DNA from: Patellaria atrata CBS 101060
Lineage: Eukaryota
DNA: 64,000 nucleotides
Direction of reading: 5' to 3'
NCBI GenBank assembly: GCA_010093705.1
Contig: MU006089.1
Span: forward strand, 3,516,173-3,580,172
Part shown: in pieces, positions 1 through 13,038 of the stretch
How the letters are laid out: each line of letters begins with the position of its first letter
Position numbering within the stretch: the first letter of the stretch is position 1
The notes under the pieces: generated by a model
Database searches by the model: none
What the model saw: only the letters and a program-made list of their open reading frames with translations
What the model was told of the DNA's origin: nothing
Translations under genes and position numbers: made by a program

Positions 1-352
1 GTAGGCAGCGTAAGAAGAAGAGAATACAGAAGCAGGGGACCTTAACAAAGGGAGATGGAGAGGATATACTTGCTCAAAGGGAGGCTACGCAGCAGGTAGA
101 GCGTAAAAGGCGTCAAGGAGGAGCGCAGTCAGGCCAAAGCCGATAAGCTCTTACACGCTGTAGCCGCTGCAGAGAACCTGGCCATATCTCACGTACATGC
201 AGGAAAGATACTCTCGATACTACTTAATCTATAACAATAATATATATATACAATACTTTAATGGGTTGTTGAGTTATACGCTTGTGGAGGTGCAGAAAGT
301 TGCTGGGGCTGGCGACTCGCTTGTACTGGCGTCTCGCTTATAACCTACATTA
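1..352 (+). mobile_element. Right end of a pogo/Fot1-like (Tc1-mariner superfamily) DNA transposon, inactivated; runs off the window's left edge
   Basis: Frame 3 reads RQRKKKRIQKQGTLTKGDGEDILAQRE...GQSR*ALTRCSRCREPGHISRTCRK* (3..227). This matches the basic stretch plus CCHC zinc knuckle at the C-terminus of fungal Fot1/pogo transposases. There is an in-frame TAA at 144-146. A TIR-like segment at 311..350 has an internal direct repeat (ggcgactcgctt / ggcgtctcgctt) and is followed by TA at 351-352, the expected target site duplication. Confidence 0.85.
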
Positions 353-667
353 CAGATGAATGCATGAGAGGCTTTCCGTCCCCGTCAGGGGATAGTGATA
401 GTATTTAGTTCGTATATCACCAGCAGTACTCTGTACGTGAGAAGTAGCAAACGCAATAGACACGAGCTCTCGACGTCGACAAGACAGGAAAGAGATTGAG
501 AGAATAACCCATATTTATGCAACTCAATGCTGTTATCGGGAGAAGGACCCTTGCAGTACAGAGCCCGGAAGTATTTCGGCCCCGCCCGCGAGCGAAATTG
601 GTAATTTTTGAGCTTCGTGCTTGGAAAATTCAGTGTTGACGGATTAGTGGACGCTGCAATCCTAATC

Positions 668-3197
668 ATGTCTTCCGATCACGACGATGAACACCCTCGA
701 AAACGTCTGCGACTATCGGATGATAGTAACCTTCCAACAGCTTCAGTCGTCCCTCAAACCGGCCTCCTATCGCCTCAAGCAAAACCTACTGAGCCGAATA
801 ATAATCACCAATTGGTAGATCCTACGTTGAAGGAGCAGGTTGATAAGGAGCTCAAGGCTGGAATTCGAGCATACATATTACCGGAAATTCCTAGCTTTTC
901 TGGCATTCTCAAGCAAAGGTATAGCAAACTCGGATTTGCAAATTACCACAAAAGCTGTGTCATAGCTGATACCATTTTAAACAGATTTACAGACTTTCTC
1001 GTTAACGAGATACTACCCTCCGGTCAGGTACTACACCTCAAGAACCTGGGCGTGCCGCCTGATCCCAGTGCGGAAGCAGAGGAAAAGACTAAAACGTCTT
1101 CAGAACCATCGGAACAAGCTGTGTCTAACGATGTACCTCAAGAGCACCCGACGGCGAACAAGACGGAAACACACCTGGGGGATGACGAGCGAAAGCATGG
1201 ACAGAAAGACTTCAAACCTGTACCGTACTCTTGATTCGCAAGTCAAGTCCGAACTGTACTGATGGCGGATAACACAGATTTCTGAAGATGACACAGCTCG
1301 AGTTCACGCTATCTTCTCTGAAAAGATCACAGCGGACATTTTATCTTTATACGAACGCGCCGCGAAGCATCCAAATAAGAAGGCGCGTGAGTTCCCTTCG
1401 ATTGTGTCTGATGTAATAGCAAGCAAAGAAGACCGAGCAAAAGCACACCGACTCATACGAGAAGTATGCAACTCCCGCCTTGAGACGGCGACCGAGGGTG
1501 ACAACTCGATTAAGATATCGGCCGCGCCTCCCCGGGAGAGCCAGCGACGACAAGATAAGTTACAACGTGAGCGTACAGGTGGTCGGTCGGGGAAGGGCAG
1601 GCTAGGATGGGACGAACTCGGCGGAGAGTATCTACACTTCACGCTCTACAAAGAGAATAAAGAGACTATGGATGTTATATTCTTCATCGCCAGTCAAATG
1701 AAACTAACAACGAAGCACTTTGGGTTTGCTGGGACGAAAGATAGGAGAGCTGTCACGACTCAGCGAGCATGCGTCAAACGCGTTCAAGCTCAGAGAATGT
1801 TTGACGTAGGCCAGTCCCTTTACAACGCGAAACTAGGTGATTTCGAATATCTCCCGCATGGTTTACAACTTGGTGATCTGAACGGTAATGAATTTGTTAT
1901 AACACTAAAAGACTGCCATTTTCCTGGAGAGGAGGGATTAGACCACTCATCTCGTCTCCAACTGGCTGAAGGTGTACTGGAACGGTCTATAACAGCATTT
2001 CGTGAGCAAGGATTCATCAATTATTATGGCCTTCAGCGATTTGGCACCTTCTCTGCCGGTACTCAGGAGATTGGCTGCAAGATCCTCCAGGACGACCTCT
2101 CTGGTGCAGTTGAGCTCATTATGTCATTTCCTGATTCCTACCTCGAGAATAACGGTTCCAGTCCCTCAGAACCTAATACAGACATCAACACAAAAGTTTC
2201 CATGGACCTCAAGCAACGTGCCGAAGCCCTCCATATCTGGAAAACAACGAAATCCGCCAAAAAGGCGCTCGAGATTCTCCCGCGCAGGTTCTCCGCCGAA
2301 ACAAATATCATCAAACACCTCGGATACTACGATCAGCGCAAGAAGACCTATTCACGCACGCAAGACTACCAGGGCGCACTCATGCAGATCCCACGCAACC
2401 TCCGCAACATGTACATCCACGCATACCAATCACTCGTCTGGAACGAGGCTGCCGGCAAGCGCTGGGAGCTCTACGGCGCTAAAGTGGTGGAAGGTGATCT
2501 GGTCCTCGTCCACGAACATGCGGCTAAGGAAGAAGGCTTCGTGGCCCAAGACGACGTCGACCAAGATGGAGAAATCGTCATCCACGCCAGCGCAGCCGAC
2601 CCATCCAACAAGAGCGGTAAGCCATCCGTCGAATTCGAACGTGCGCGTCCTCTCTCCAAAGCAGAGGCTGAAAGCGGACGGTACACGGTTTACGATATCG
2701 TGCTGCCGCAACCCGGCTGGGACGTTATTTACCCACCGGCGCCGAATGGGGTTGGCGCATTCTACAAGGAGTTTATGGGCTCGGAACGTGGAGGAGGATT
2801 GGATCCGCACGATATGCGGAGGAAGTGGCGCGATATCAGCTTAGCTGGTAGCTATAGGAAGTTGCTCGCGAGACCATCGGAGATTGACTGGCAAGTCAGG
2901 AGTTATGAGAAGGATGAGGAACAGTTGGTCGAGACTGATCTAGAGAGGTTGGAAGGGTTCACGGCAGGTGATAGTGAGGTAGTGAAGTCGGAGGATACTG
3001 TAGAAGGGGTCGTGGAGAAGGACGGTGAGGGAAGGGCGGATGTAAAGCTGACAGAGGCAGATCGGGAAAAGATCGCGGTAATTTTGAAGATGCAATTGAG
3101 CTCTAGCACTTACGCGACCATGGCCCTTAGGGAGTTGATGAAGGCTGGAGGCGTTCGAACGTTCAGGCCTGATTATTCAGGCACAGTTGCTGCATAG
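668..3197 (+). CDS. PUS7: TruD-family tRNA/multisubstrate pseudouridine synthase 7
   Basis: Motifs SGILKQRFTDFLVNE, LYKENKET, FAGTKDRRAVTTQ (catalytic Asp), GFINYYGLQRFG and STYATMALRELMK. Predicted exons 668-918, 985-1219, 1278-3197 with GT-AG introns that preserve the frame. Confidence 0.95.
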
Positions 3198-3535
3198 AGA
3201 GTAAATTCAGACTTGTTCTTTCGGAGCAAGGATCGTAGGCGAATCAGTCTCAGAAAATCTAAATACATTGTTGTGTAAGACCCCAGTACCTTTGGGTATC
3301 TTTGTGTGAACTCCTTGACGCCAACCGTACTCTGGCTTCCATTACCACACCACCCGAAGAAAAGGGATATAAGACATAAACACTAGACTTGCCACCAAGA
3401 CCTTGCAATTTAGAATGGCCCATTATCGAGTAAGTAGCTCATTCCTTCACCAGAGGGTTTAACAGAGTTTAACTGGTGAATTATCGCACAGTATATGGAG
3501 TCCATCGATAAGAGCCGACAGGCGGAAGTACAACC

Positions 3536-5647
3536 TCAAGCGTCCGATTGGATAGAGGAGTTGAATCCTGGTTTAATCGGACTGTAAAGAGTTCCTTCGG
3601 AGGATACTACGGTGAATGAGTCCGAGTCTGGAGACTCAATGAACCTATTGACCATTGTCAGCAAATATCTGGAAGAAGAGGTAATGAGCAATATAGTAGA
3701 CCAACCTCGCCCAAGTGTTCCTGAATACATCAAGCTTGACAATTTCATAGGCCTGGTCAAAGATCGTACGGCCGTCCTTGCGAAAGTCCTCAGGAAGTTT
3801 GAAATCATTGGCATATGCGAGGCAGCCATGAGGGTCTTCGCTGATAGACTTCAAAGATTTCTCAGAAATAGGTGTAGAGGCTCCATCGGATGTCTCCCAG
3901 GGGGCAACGATAGAAACCGACTTTTCGCTTGCAGCCTTCTCGGGTGTGTATCTCAACTGTTTGAAAAAGGTACTCAGCTCATTGTAGGTACGGCTGTCGA
4001 TGTTGATGTTAAGTTCTGCCGTGTCAGGGTTGATCAAGCGAAACCAGATAAGCGCGGCGTGACGATATCGTTCGTGCAGTGGGATCGTCGTCAGGCGGTT
4101 TTGTACCCATTCAGCGTCCCATCTGGCCCTGAAGTCCTTCACTTCACGAAGGAACAGAACCGTCTCTGACGTGAGGGTCTTGCGCGACGCCCAGTCCATG
4201 AAATCCTTCCAAGAAGTATTTAGACATTCTTCAAGCGAGCTCATAGAAAGGAGATGCTTTCGCCGGTCCGACGCTGTGGTATCCATCGTACCTGAGTGTG
4301 GATCGTAATGCTTCATGAACTGCATCTTTCGAATCTTCGTCTGGCGAACATCTAAAAGAGGGAAGACAATTTGGACTAGTTGCATGACTAGCAACCCGGG
4401 TAGGAACCTAAATTTTAAAGTCAATACAAAGAACATCACGAGTCATGTGAGTAAGATTTGGTGAAGGTTTGGTGAAGTGAGACGATTGAGTGAAGGCTGG
4501 TCTGACGTAAGGTAACCGACTGTCTAACGTTCGAACTTGCAACAAAGGTTTTGTACTTACCATGCTGCCGGAACGAAATACCTATTGATATTATCTACCG
4601 TAGGACCCTTTACATAGAGAAAAGTTACCCAAAGTGGTGTTCCGGGGAGTCTAACACGCTCATTAGCATGGTTTCTTTCCACTTTTCTGGGTGAGTCTCC
4701 TTATTTACCCTGCGATTACAGAAAGTTTAGTCTGCCAACCCCAGTAATGAGTGTCATGGATATTACGAATTTGCAGAAGGAGATATGGCCCAAAAAATAA
4801 CGTCCAAAGGAAATGCCAAAAGATGGACGGCAGCCTAGGAATAACGTAAATGCTCATAATTCAGATTGAGGCCGGGAATAAGAGAGGAATACCATTCTAG
4901 TCCACGTCGACATGCGATTGGATCGACAGCTTCTCCAAAAATTCCATGTGACGCATGGAAGCGACGAGAGCCGGAGAACAGGAATATGGTCAACACCAAC
5001 TACAATATACGGACGAATGTTAGCGTTAGGCCACAGGTGGTCATTCCCCAATGGAAGATAATTTAGCAGCCTTACCTGACATAAGAGTCCCACAATGATA
5101 CCAACGTACGTCCGTTTTACATAATCTTGAGACTTGTACCATGTAAGTAATCCTTTGGGATTGAACTTGAGAGGAGCCCACTTCTCACGGAGAGTTCCCT
5201 GAGACAATCGTCTTTGGGCATCATAGTAATACAATAGGCGTACATTTGAAGCTACGCGGTGTCAGTAAATAGCTATCAGGAGTACTTGATGCGGAGAAAG
5301 GGTAGCTTACCTTGGAATAGGGCGATTGCCAGAGGGAAGATGACACTCATGAACCAGAATTCCATACGGCAACCGAAAAGGCCATTTGCTGGATAGACGC
5401 TCACGATGATCATAGCATAGATCTGAGTTGCAACGATGGAGCCACATAGGATGGGGAAACCGCGTAACTTGATAGCGAATTCATTGCGGTTGCGGTACAG
5501 AAAGAAGAGCCCTGTGACGACAAAGAGGGTCCAAATGATTGCTATGGTGATGTATGCTCCACCAAGGGCATCAAGGTTCGGGGAACCACCGTCGAAGCCA
5601 CCTAGGGCCATGTCTTTTGTGATATTATCGAGAGACACTCCTGTCAT
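3536..5647 (-). CDS. gprK: 7TM-RGS protein (fungal class VI GPCR, GprK-type), multi-exon
   Basis: N-terminal hydrophobic helices (GGAYITIAIIWTLFVVTGLFFLY; YPANGLFGCRMEFWFMSVIFPLAIALFQ). C-terminal RGS domain (SLEECLN...FMDWASRKTLTSETVLFLREV...AELNINID...IFDQAYEIVKLDVFRNTWARF). Several GT-AG introns; last exon 3644-3536. Internal exon boundaries are approximate. Confidence 0.85.
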
Positions 5648-8523
5648 TATGGTAAGAATCAGGTCGACGAACGAAAACAGAAGAGGAGATGAAATCAAAT
5701 AGCAGAAGGGCGAGATTCGGTAGAGACTGACTTGGTTAAATTGAATTAATGAAAGAGAAGGTTGTAGGTATAGGTGATTTGAGGACGTTTACGATGAAGC
5801 TTCTGTCGTAGCTCATAAGAAGTTCAAGTGGACTGGACGGGAAGGTTGAGTGAAGGTGAGGTACGGAAGGAATTGGAAAGATATATTCCCCAGATGAGGA
5901 AGGCTCATGGGATGCTAGATGGGAAGGAAGGGACTTTCCGCCTGGGACTTTCCAGTTTTACGGTTCGGTCCAGTTCTTCTGCAATAACCCGGGTCCAGTT
6001 CAAGCCAAACCGACCTTTAGATGCAGCCGGTCACGACGGTAACAGATGGTCTGCAGGTATCGGGAGTCCAGATGTAAAAGCGTGGAGTGATGCTCGCACA
6101 GCGAGGAACACGTTTTTTGATGCTCACAGGGAGGTCATCGATCGACTCGTGAAGTATTCAGAGAGAGAGTACACACTGTGGAGCACTAAGGTGCTGGAGC
6201 TGCAGTCGGGTAGCATAAGTAAGGTAAGGTAAACCTTGACTACGATTAGGGAGCCATCATTTGAAATTAGGGGATTGTGGAATAAGCCGATCTCGATTTC
6301 TTGATTTCTTAAACCCTTCTCTCCGCCCAGAGTCTTGCACGCCTTGTTCATTATCATACTCGCCTATGATTTACGGTACCTTACCGCTTAGGAGTTGCAC
6401 AGACACAAGAGCGGTCATGGACGACTAAAGAGAGGGTAGTTCTAAGAGAAGTGATAAGGCTACCAGGATTCAGTTTCGGGAAGTTTGTGTGATGCACCGA
6501 CTCTACCTTCATTCAACCTAAGCACTGACAGCAAACTGACAGGAACTTCATCTGTTAATTTGGCTCTAGAGTTCAAACTAGGTCGAATTCTTTGTCTCGA
6601 ATGTATCATCATTACCTACCCGTCTGCTGTTCTCGAGTAGCGGGAACGTCAACTGAGAAGTACCGTACAGAGTAACAAGATGCGGTACCTTAGCTGAGAT
6701 CCAGGCATCAGTTCTTCGCTCTTGCCAAGCCTGGCTGCATACCTAAATTCGTTATTTGGGCTGAAGCACGTTTGTGTTTTAGAAGGAAGCAAGAGAAGGA
6801 AGGGAAGGGACTGATGGGTTGACGTGTCGAGAGACGTTCCAGATAATGTTCCAGAAGAAAGCCATATCTGGTAAGCCCATGGCATCTTTTAAGGTTCTTA
6901 CCCCAACCTGGAAGTACCCTTGTAACCTTACCGTATGGTGGAAAGTGGTGGGGTCCAGAGTGCGTGATGGCTCCCTTTTCCGAGGAGTATGGTTGGTTCG
7001 CTTCTTGATGCTTCAAAGCGATCTCCGACATGATCGTCGCTTGGATTGAAGTCAAGAGAAACCGTATCACAATGCTATTACTCTGTCGACCACGTTATCA
7101 TCCGCTTTGTAGAAAAGGTGCCCAATTAATTGGTTGAATTTCCCATTAAGAACGTGTATGTATAGCCGTTGTTGTGTCAAAGAATCGTCTCCCAGGGAAT
7201 CTTCAAACGTTCCAGTTCTTCAACAGCGCCATCATCGGTTGTTCTACCTAAGGTACACCGGCAGTAAGTAGGTAACCTTAAGGTATGCAGTAGAACTAAC
7301 CTAATAAGGTGATCAGCCAGGGGCGAGCGTACCTATCTCTGCATACGCTTACGTCGGGTACCTTAAGGTATGGACCAGCACGGCCAGACACTCGATATCG
7401 GTAGCAAAACTATCACAGTTCTGTCATTTCATGACTTCACTTTCCATCATTCTGCAAGTTGAACCAGGAATAAGGTAAGATTTCTCGTATTTTTCCGCGT
7501 GGCTGAAGTCAAGTTACGCCATCCCAGTCCTCAGATCCTCTGAATTGACAGTACAGATCGAGCTTGGCTTTACTACAGGCCTTAGGGGCGCGTGGGACGC
7601 TCATCTTACCTACACAGAGGTTTTCTTATTAGAAACACGTTCGACGGATTCCGGGGGAGAGCGGATACAAGTAGTATCGTCCCGTTTTACATGAGGTGGA
7701 GGGGTATGACGGTAAGACCGTCGGTGGGACTGTACGCACCAAAGTATGCAGATCGATCTAGTAAAGGCATCGGCAGGAATGACCGTTCTCGGCTGGAACC
7801 TACAAGTTAGTGGTATATCCCGTCCTAGAAAAGAAAGCTGCATGTCGTTCCTGTTAACTAAATCAATAGAATAAGCAATTGCATACGGTGGTACAGTACG
7901 GGGCTGTCATCAGTTGGGCCAGTGGGGTCCAGTAACATGGAATACGGGAAAAATTGTAAGAACGTGCAATAATATGGTCACATAATCTGGATTCAAGCAC
8001 GTATAGTTTTAGACATGCAGGTTCTCCATGCAGTACAGTAACTTGCGAACTTGTCCCCTGAGCTTCATTGCTTATATCCCTTGTTAGAGTGTTCACCCCT
8101 CTAGTACCCTTCAGTTTTAACATAGTCCTTAAGTTAGGCTGTACAGGAATTTCGAAACCCCGCGAAGAGCCCAAACGTACGTAGGATCTAGCCGCACAGT
8201 GAAGCGGAATCCATCAGCACTTCTGGCTCAAGAGCCAACCTCTAATCCTTCAGCGCGTGGTATAGAGGCAGGGAGATTCCAGACGTAGCAAGGAGACAAT
8301 AAGGAATGGTACAGAACTGAATTCGAAGCAGCCAAACTTAAGCTTGTATACATACAATCGTAAGCTGTCGAACTGGAATACTTGAAAATCTTTTAACCCT
8401 TTTCGCCCCGAACTCTTTTGAACACCGATCCTCTTGAGCTCTTCATTAAAATTCATAAAGCCATTGCGTCGTACAATGTTATCCACCATATTATTGCAGT
8501 AATTGCAAAGATCAGCACTGGAA

Positions 8524-9562
8524 TTATCGACGTGCCAATCCACCCCTGCCCCTGCCTCTGCCTCGTCCAAAACGAACACTAGGTGGGACAAACCTAAGAG
8601 AAGACATAGATTTCGTGATATCATTCATGTCAGCATCTACGGTTGTTGATTCGCACACTACACACTGATCACCTGTCTGTGTCTGTTCGAGCCTTTCTTC
8701 GTTTTCTTCCACAGGTAATATTTGTGTAGTTTCACTGGTTGACTCTCCGGTTACAAATGTTGAATCGTTGCCCACCACAGCATTGCTGCGCCTTCTCTCA
8801 ATCATTGCTGATTTCGCTGCCGCTGAACTACGCCTTCGATTGGTTGGCCGAAGCATCGAGTTACGCTTGTCCAAGCCATCATTTACAATGAAAAAGTCAT
8901 AATTCCTTGGAAACTGATGTTTATCGATGACATGGAACCGTCGTTTCTGGGGGGTGGAACATAATCTCTCGCAGCCCAAGACGAAGCATCCGTACTGTGT
9001 ACGAAATCAATTAGCGATCACGAATACTCACAGTACAAGGTTCAAGGAGAAAACCACGTAAATCATACCGGAATAAGGAAGGTTAGATTTGCAAATAATT
9101 GCTGAAATTTCCTTCCAGCATCTTCAATACTAGAACGTGAAGTAAAATGTAGGTAACAGGATCAAATTTACTTACCGTTTTTTCTCCCTTCGCTCTTCGA
9201 GCTTCGTTGAGTGGGTCGTGGTTTTCTGCAATATGAAGGCCTAAATAGTGGTCCGACGGGAAGTTTTTGTTGCATTCGAGACACCTGTTGACATGGAATT
9301 TTTGATAATGTACTTCGTAATCCTCATATGAAGCGAACGATTGAGATTGATGTGGCGGTAAATGGCATTTCATCACTTCTTGTTGACTAGTGGTTACGGA
9401 CTTATCACCAAGATGCGTATATTTCGGGGAATGGTATTTGTCGTCGGTTGTAGAACGAGTCTGTAGCGAGGGCAACGTCTCGAGAGAGTGAGTTATATCT
9501 ATTGAATTTGATTCTGTGTCTGAAGAAGACGAAATCGATTCATCTCGTGAGCGTTTGACCAT
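8524..9562 (-). CDS. C2H2 zinc-finger protein, ZNF511-like
   Basis: Exons 9562-9176 and 8994-8524 join in phase 0. Fingers: CHLPPH...YEVHYQKFH, CLECNKNFPSDHYLGLHIAENHDP and CFVLGCERLCSTPQKRRFHVIDKHQFP. C-terminal FVPPSVRFGRGRGRGRGG tail. Confidence 0.85.
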
Positions 9563-10133
9563 GGTCAATATTGGCGAGAGAGCTTTACTGGTTAATAAGT
9601 CGTGTCGGCTCTGGTTGTTGATTCTCCCCTTGGCGACTAATATTCAGTCGGTAGACTATTTTATTCTGATGACTATCTCTAGCTAACAAAGTCAAATCAA
9701 AATATAAATGACCGCTTGGGAGCTTTCACAACTGTAGAACTACAGGTATGTACAGTATAAAGTGGTTGATGGATGTCGACACTCGGTTGAGGAGGGAAAT
9801 CTTGGCTCGAAAGCGCATCTGATTGAACAGCGCATCGTCAGCAATCCCGACCTTTTCCTTTCATACTCGTATTCCGTACCACAATCTCAATCTCGCCTTA
9901 GGCACTCGTCTCCTATTTAATACCTTCTAGGTCATATGTACGGCGTATGATATTGTCTCAACTGGACTTCCTTCCTGCCCTACCCCACATATAGCCCTCC
10001 TCTCCAACGCTCTTGCGCTCCGGACAACTGCTGCCATCCATGGATTGCAACGGAATAACCGTCTCCCTCAACTTCAACTCTCATATTTGACCTGGAGGCG
10101 CGATCGCAGGCTCACTCATGAACCTCTTCTTCC

Positions 10134-13038
10134 ATGTCAGAAGGCATGGCTTTGACCGCCGAGCAAGCTGAGACGTGCGCAAGATGGATCGCCCAATCTA
10201 TGTTCGAGTCTTTGCTAATCAACTCCAGGCTTGCTCGGTCTCTTGAAAAGAAATTCAGCACAAAATTAGCCGACCGTGAGCCTAGTATCTCCGAAATTCT
10301 AATCATATTGCAGGAGTAAGTCAACAATTGGATCATACCATCCACCCTGCTTACACCATCTCCGTAATAGCTATCGGGCCGTTTGCCAAGATCTGTTGCT
10401 AAGGGACTTCTTGTATGCGACACAACGCGGAATTGAGAATGAGTTATGGGCTGTCCATAGCAAACTCAATACAAGATTTCGGAAACAAATCTATGCGGTG
10501 GGTTTGGACTGTTCCGTGTATAACTTCTGCTTTAAGATCATCTGACAAGCTCCATAGCTCCAGAAGGCCGGAAAGTCTCGCACAGTAGAGCTCAGAAATG
10601 TGAACAAACAATTTGTGGGGTTCATCAAACTTAGTCAACGCTTCTACCGTGACTATATATTTCAGCTTGATACACATTACGATGGGATTCCTGAGCTTCA
10701 CAAAGCTGCCAATAAATGCGGACATATTGGCAGTCATGCAGGTGGGCGATTTGCTCCAGAACACTCAGTTCAAGTCCCTAACGAATTATTAGCACAGCAC
10801 AAGGGACCCGGGGCTCCCCACACCCCCGAATTAACACATCGACTGCTTCTATCCTGCTATCAGACACTGATCTATCTGGGAGATCTCTCTCGATACCGCG
10901 AGACGGAAACAGGGGGCAAGGAACAGAATTGGGGACCTGCAGTGGGATATTACGGGCTTGCAACCGAAATATATCCACAGTCTGGTATGGCTCACAACCA
11001 GCAGGCTGTTATAGCATTGGCAGATGGTAATCATCTTCGTGCAACCTATCACCTTTATAGAAGTCTATCCACTAAGGAGCCCCATCCGTTAGCCCTCAAG
11101 AACCTGGAAATCGAATTTAAAAAAATAGTTTCTGCTTGGGATAAAGGCGAGCTCATTAATAACAGGAGAGGTGGAGAGGGTAATGTGCCAGGAAAAGCTT
11201 TGATAGCCTGGTTCGTCCGTCTCCATAGTAAATGTTACAAGGGAGAAGATTTTAACGGGCATGACGAGCTCGAGAATGAAGTTCTGAGCCAACTTGCACT
11301 GGAACTCAAGGAGAGATCGCTCGAGGGTACCTTACAAAAGTTTGTACTCATCAATATCGCAGCGGAATACTTTGCTTCAGTAAAACTTCAACGTAAGTAC
11401 CTATTATGCCCAATTTATATGAAGTCATGTCTCACCGAGAACAGAAGGCAACCAATCTCCCGCAGCGTTCGGGGCATACTTTTACTTTTTGAGGCTGAAT
11501 GTCAAGACCTTGTTCACACTACTACAAATTCTTCAGCCGGAATTAGAAAAAATAACGAGCGAGGGCCTCGAGTCGGAGCAGGTTAACAGTTCAAGGTTAT
11601 CCGACAAGGTCACAACTGTTGCTCGCCGTGTACTTCCCGGCCTCCGTCTGTACAGTGTATGGCTCTTTGTCAACAGAGCTGTACTGTCAACTGATCTCAA
11701 TGAATCAGTCTCTCGAATTGATATCCAAGAATTGTGGAAATCTTACGCCAACACCTTAACCATGATAGCCTCCGCATTTCCAGCTGAGGATCTTCCTGAT
11801 GCAGGCTACCTCCTAGAGGAAGATGTAGATACAATTGCTTTTGAGCCTTTGATGTCAGAAGATTTCACAAAACACGTTTGGTTCTCCAATGGGAAACTAA
11901 AGCCGAAGTGGTCAGATGCGGATGTCGAGAGGTATCACCCAAATGAGGAGATGCTCATCCGTATTCGTGGCATCCTACTAGATGGTCTACAGTTGGCCGT
12001 GAATGAGGTGAGTTGTCGTGGAGTGTACCTGAATTTCAATCGCAATTAATGCTACTTTAGGAAAGTGTGCCAATAACCCTAGACGGTCTACGCTTTTTAT
12101 ATCAAGAAGCTGGGATACCTTCAGAGCTTCTCGCAAGCCCTAGAAATCACGAGAACCTACCTACGCCTACTCTCGAGGAAGTTGATGCTCGTCGTACGCT
12201 CGAGATTCCCAACTGCGAGGATCAAATCTCACATGGTGTTGCACCATCAGATTCTACTTCCATCGCTCTAGCGAAGGATGTGGAGATGAATCAAATGGTG
12301 AACGATCTAGTCGGAGATAGCCTGGATCCGTTACCAGAGATTGATGAAGATACCTCATTCCACCTGATGGAAGGCGAAGAAAACATTCCATCCACTCCAC
12401 CAGAGCAGACATTTGATGATACGGCGATTTTCGGGGACAATTCCTTTGGAATTCGGCCATTGGAACCTGATAGCTGCCTTGGAATGATCCGCAAGCACTC
12501 GCAGCAATCTCAAAGGCCTCCACACTATGTGAATCGTAATTCTCAATCGTCTCCCGCGATCCGTACGGTACCCGCACTACCTCTGATGCCAGATCAATCC
12601 AACATCTGGAATCCAACAACTTCCGGGTCCACGACACCATTTCCTCCTCCTGGACTAGGGCACAGGATGTATTCACCGGTCACTCCGCAAACCGGTGGTC
12701 TTTCGCACGACCATTCTCGAGTCCATTCTAGAGATTCGATGAACGTTTCCTCCCCTTCCCTCGCCACTTGGAGTTCATACATTGTAACCCCAATCCAATC
12801 AATTTCAGAAAACTATTTGGGACAGCAAGCGCTCCAAAATATGAATACACATTCTCATGGTCATTCTTATGGTCAAATTGGAAGACGGGACCCGATTCAA
12901 AACAGCACAGTGAACCTTGGAATTGACGGCTCTAGTATTGCTAGCCCAATACCATTGAGTAACCCTAGGTCCTGGAATATGGATCTTGAGCACAGTCGCA
13001 GCTCTTATGGTGGACCTCCTAATGGCCAAGTGGGCTGA
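10134..13038 (+). CDS. Est1/Ebs1/SMG7-family protein (Est1 DNA/RNA-binding, 14-3-3-like domain; NMD/telomerase-associated)
   Basis: Motif CYQTLIYLGDLSRYRE...AVGYYGLATEIYPQSGMAHNQQAVIA...YHLYRSL...PHPLALKNL, plus LEEDVDTIAFEPL and a low-complexity S/P-rich C-terminus with no PIN domain. Six predicted exons, with introns near 10175-10228, 10316-10370, 10498-10557, 11393-11447 and 12008-12060. Confidence 0.88.

Noticed and set aside
2002..2844. 280-aa alternative-frame ORF and antisense ORFs inside PUS7
   Set aside because: Shadow frames of a codon-biased real gene, with no recognisable motifs.
3612..4169. 185-aa + strand ORF
   Set aside because: Antisense to the RGS exon of the 7TM-RGS gene.
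5828..6232. 134-aa + strand ORF upstream of gprK
   Set aside because: GTG start, no motif, and lies in the probable promoter or 5'UTR.
6649..7070. Two overlapping minus-strand ORFs with donor-like sites
   Set aside because: No consistent spliced model and no family similarity.
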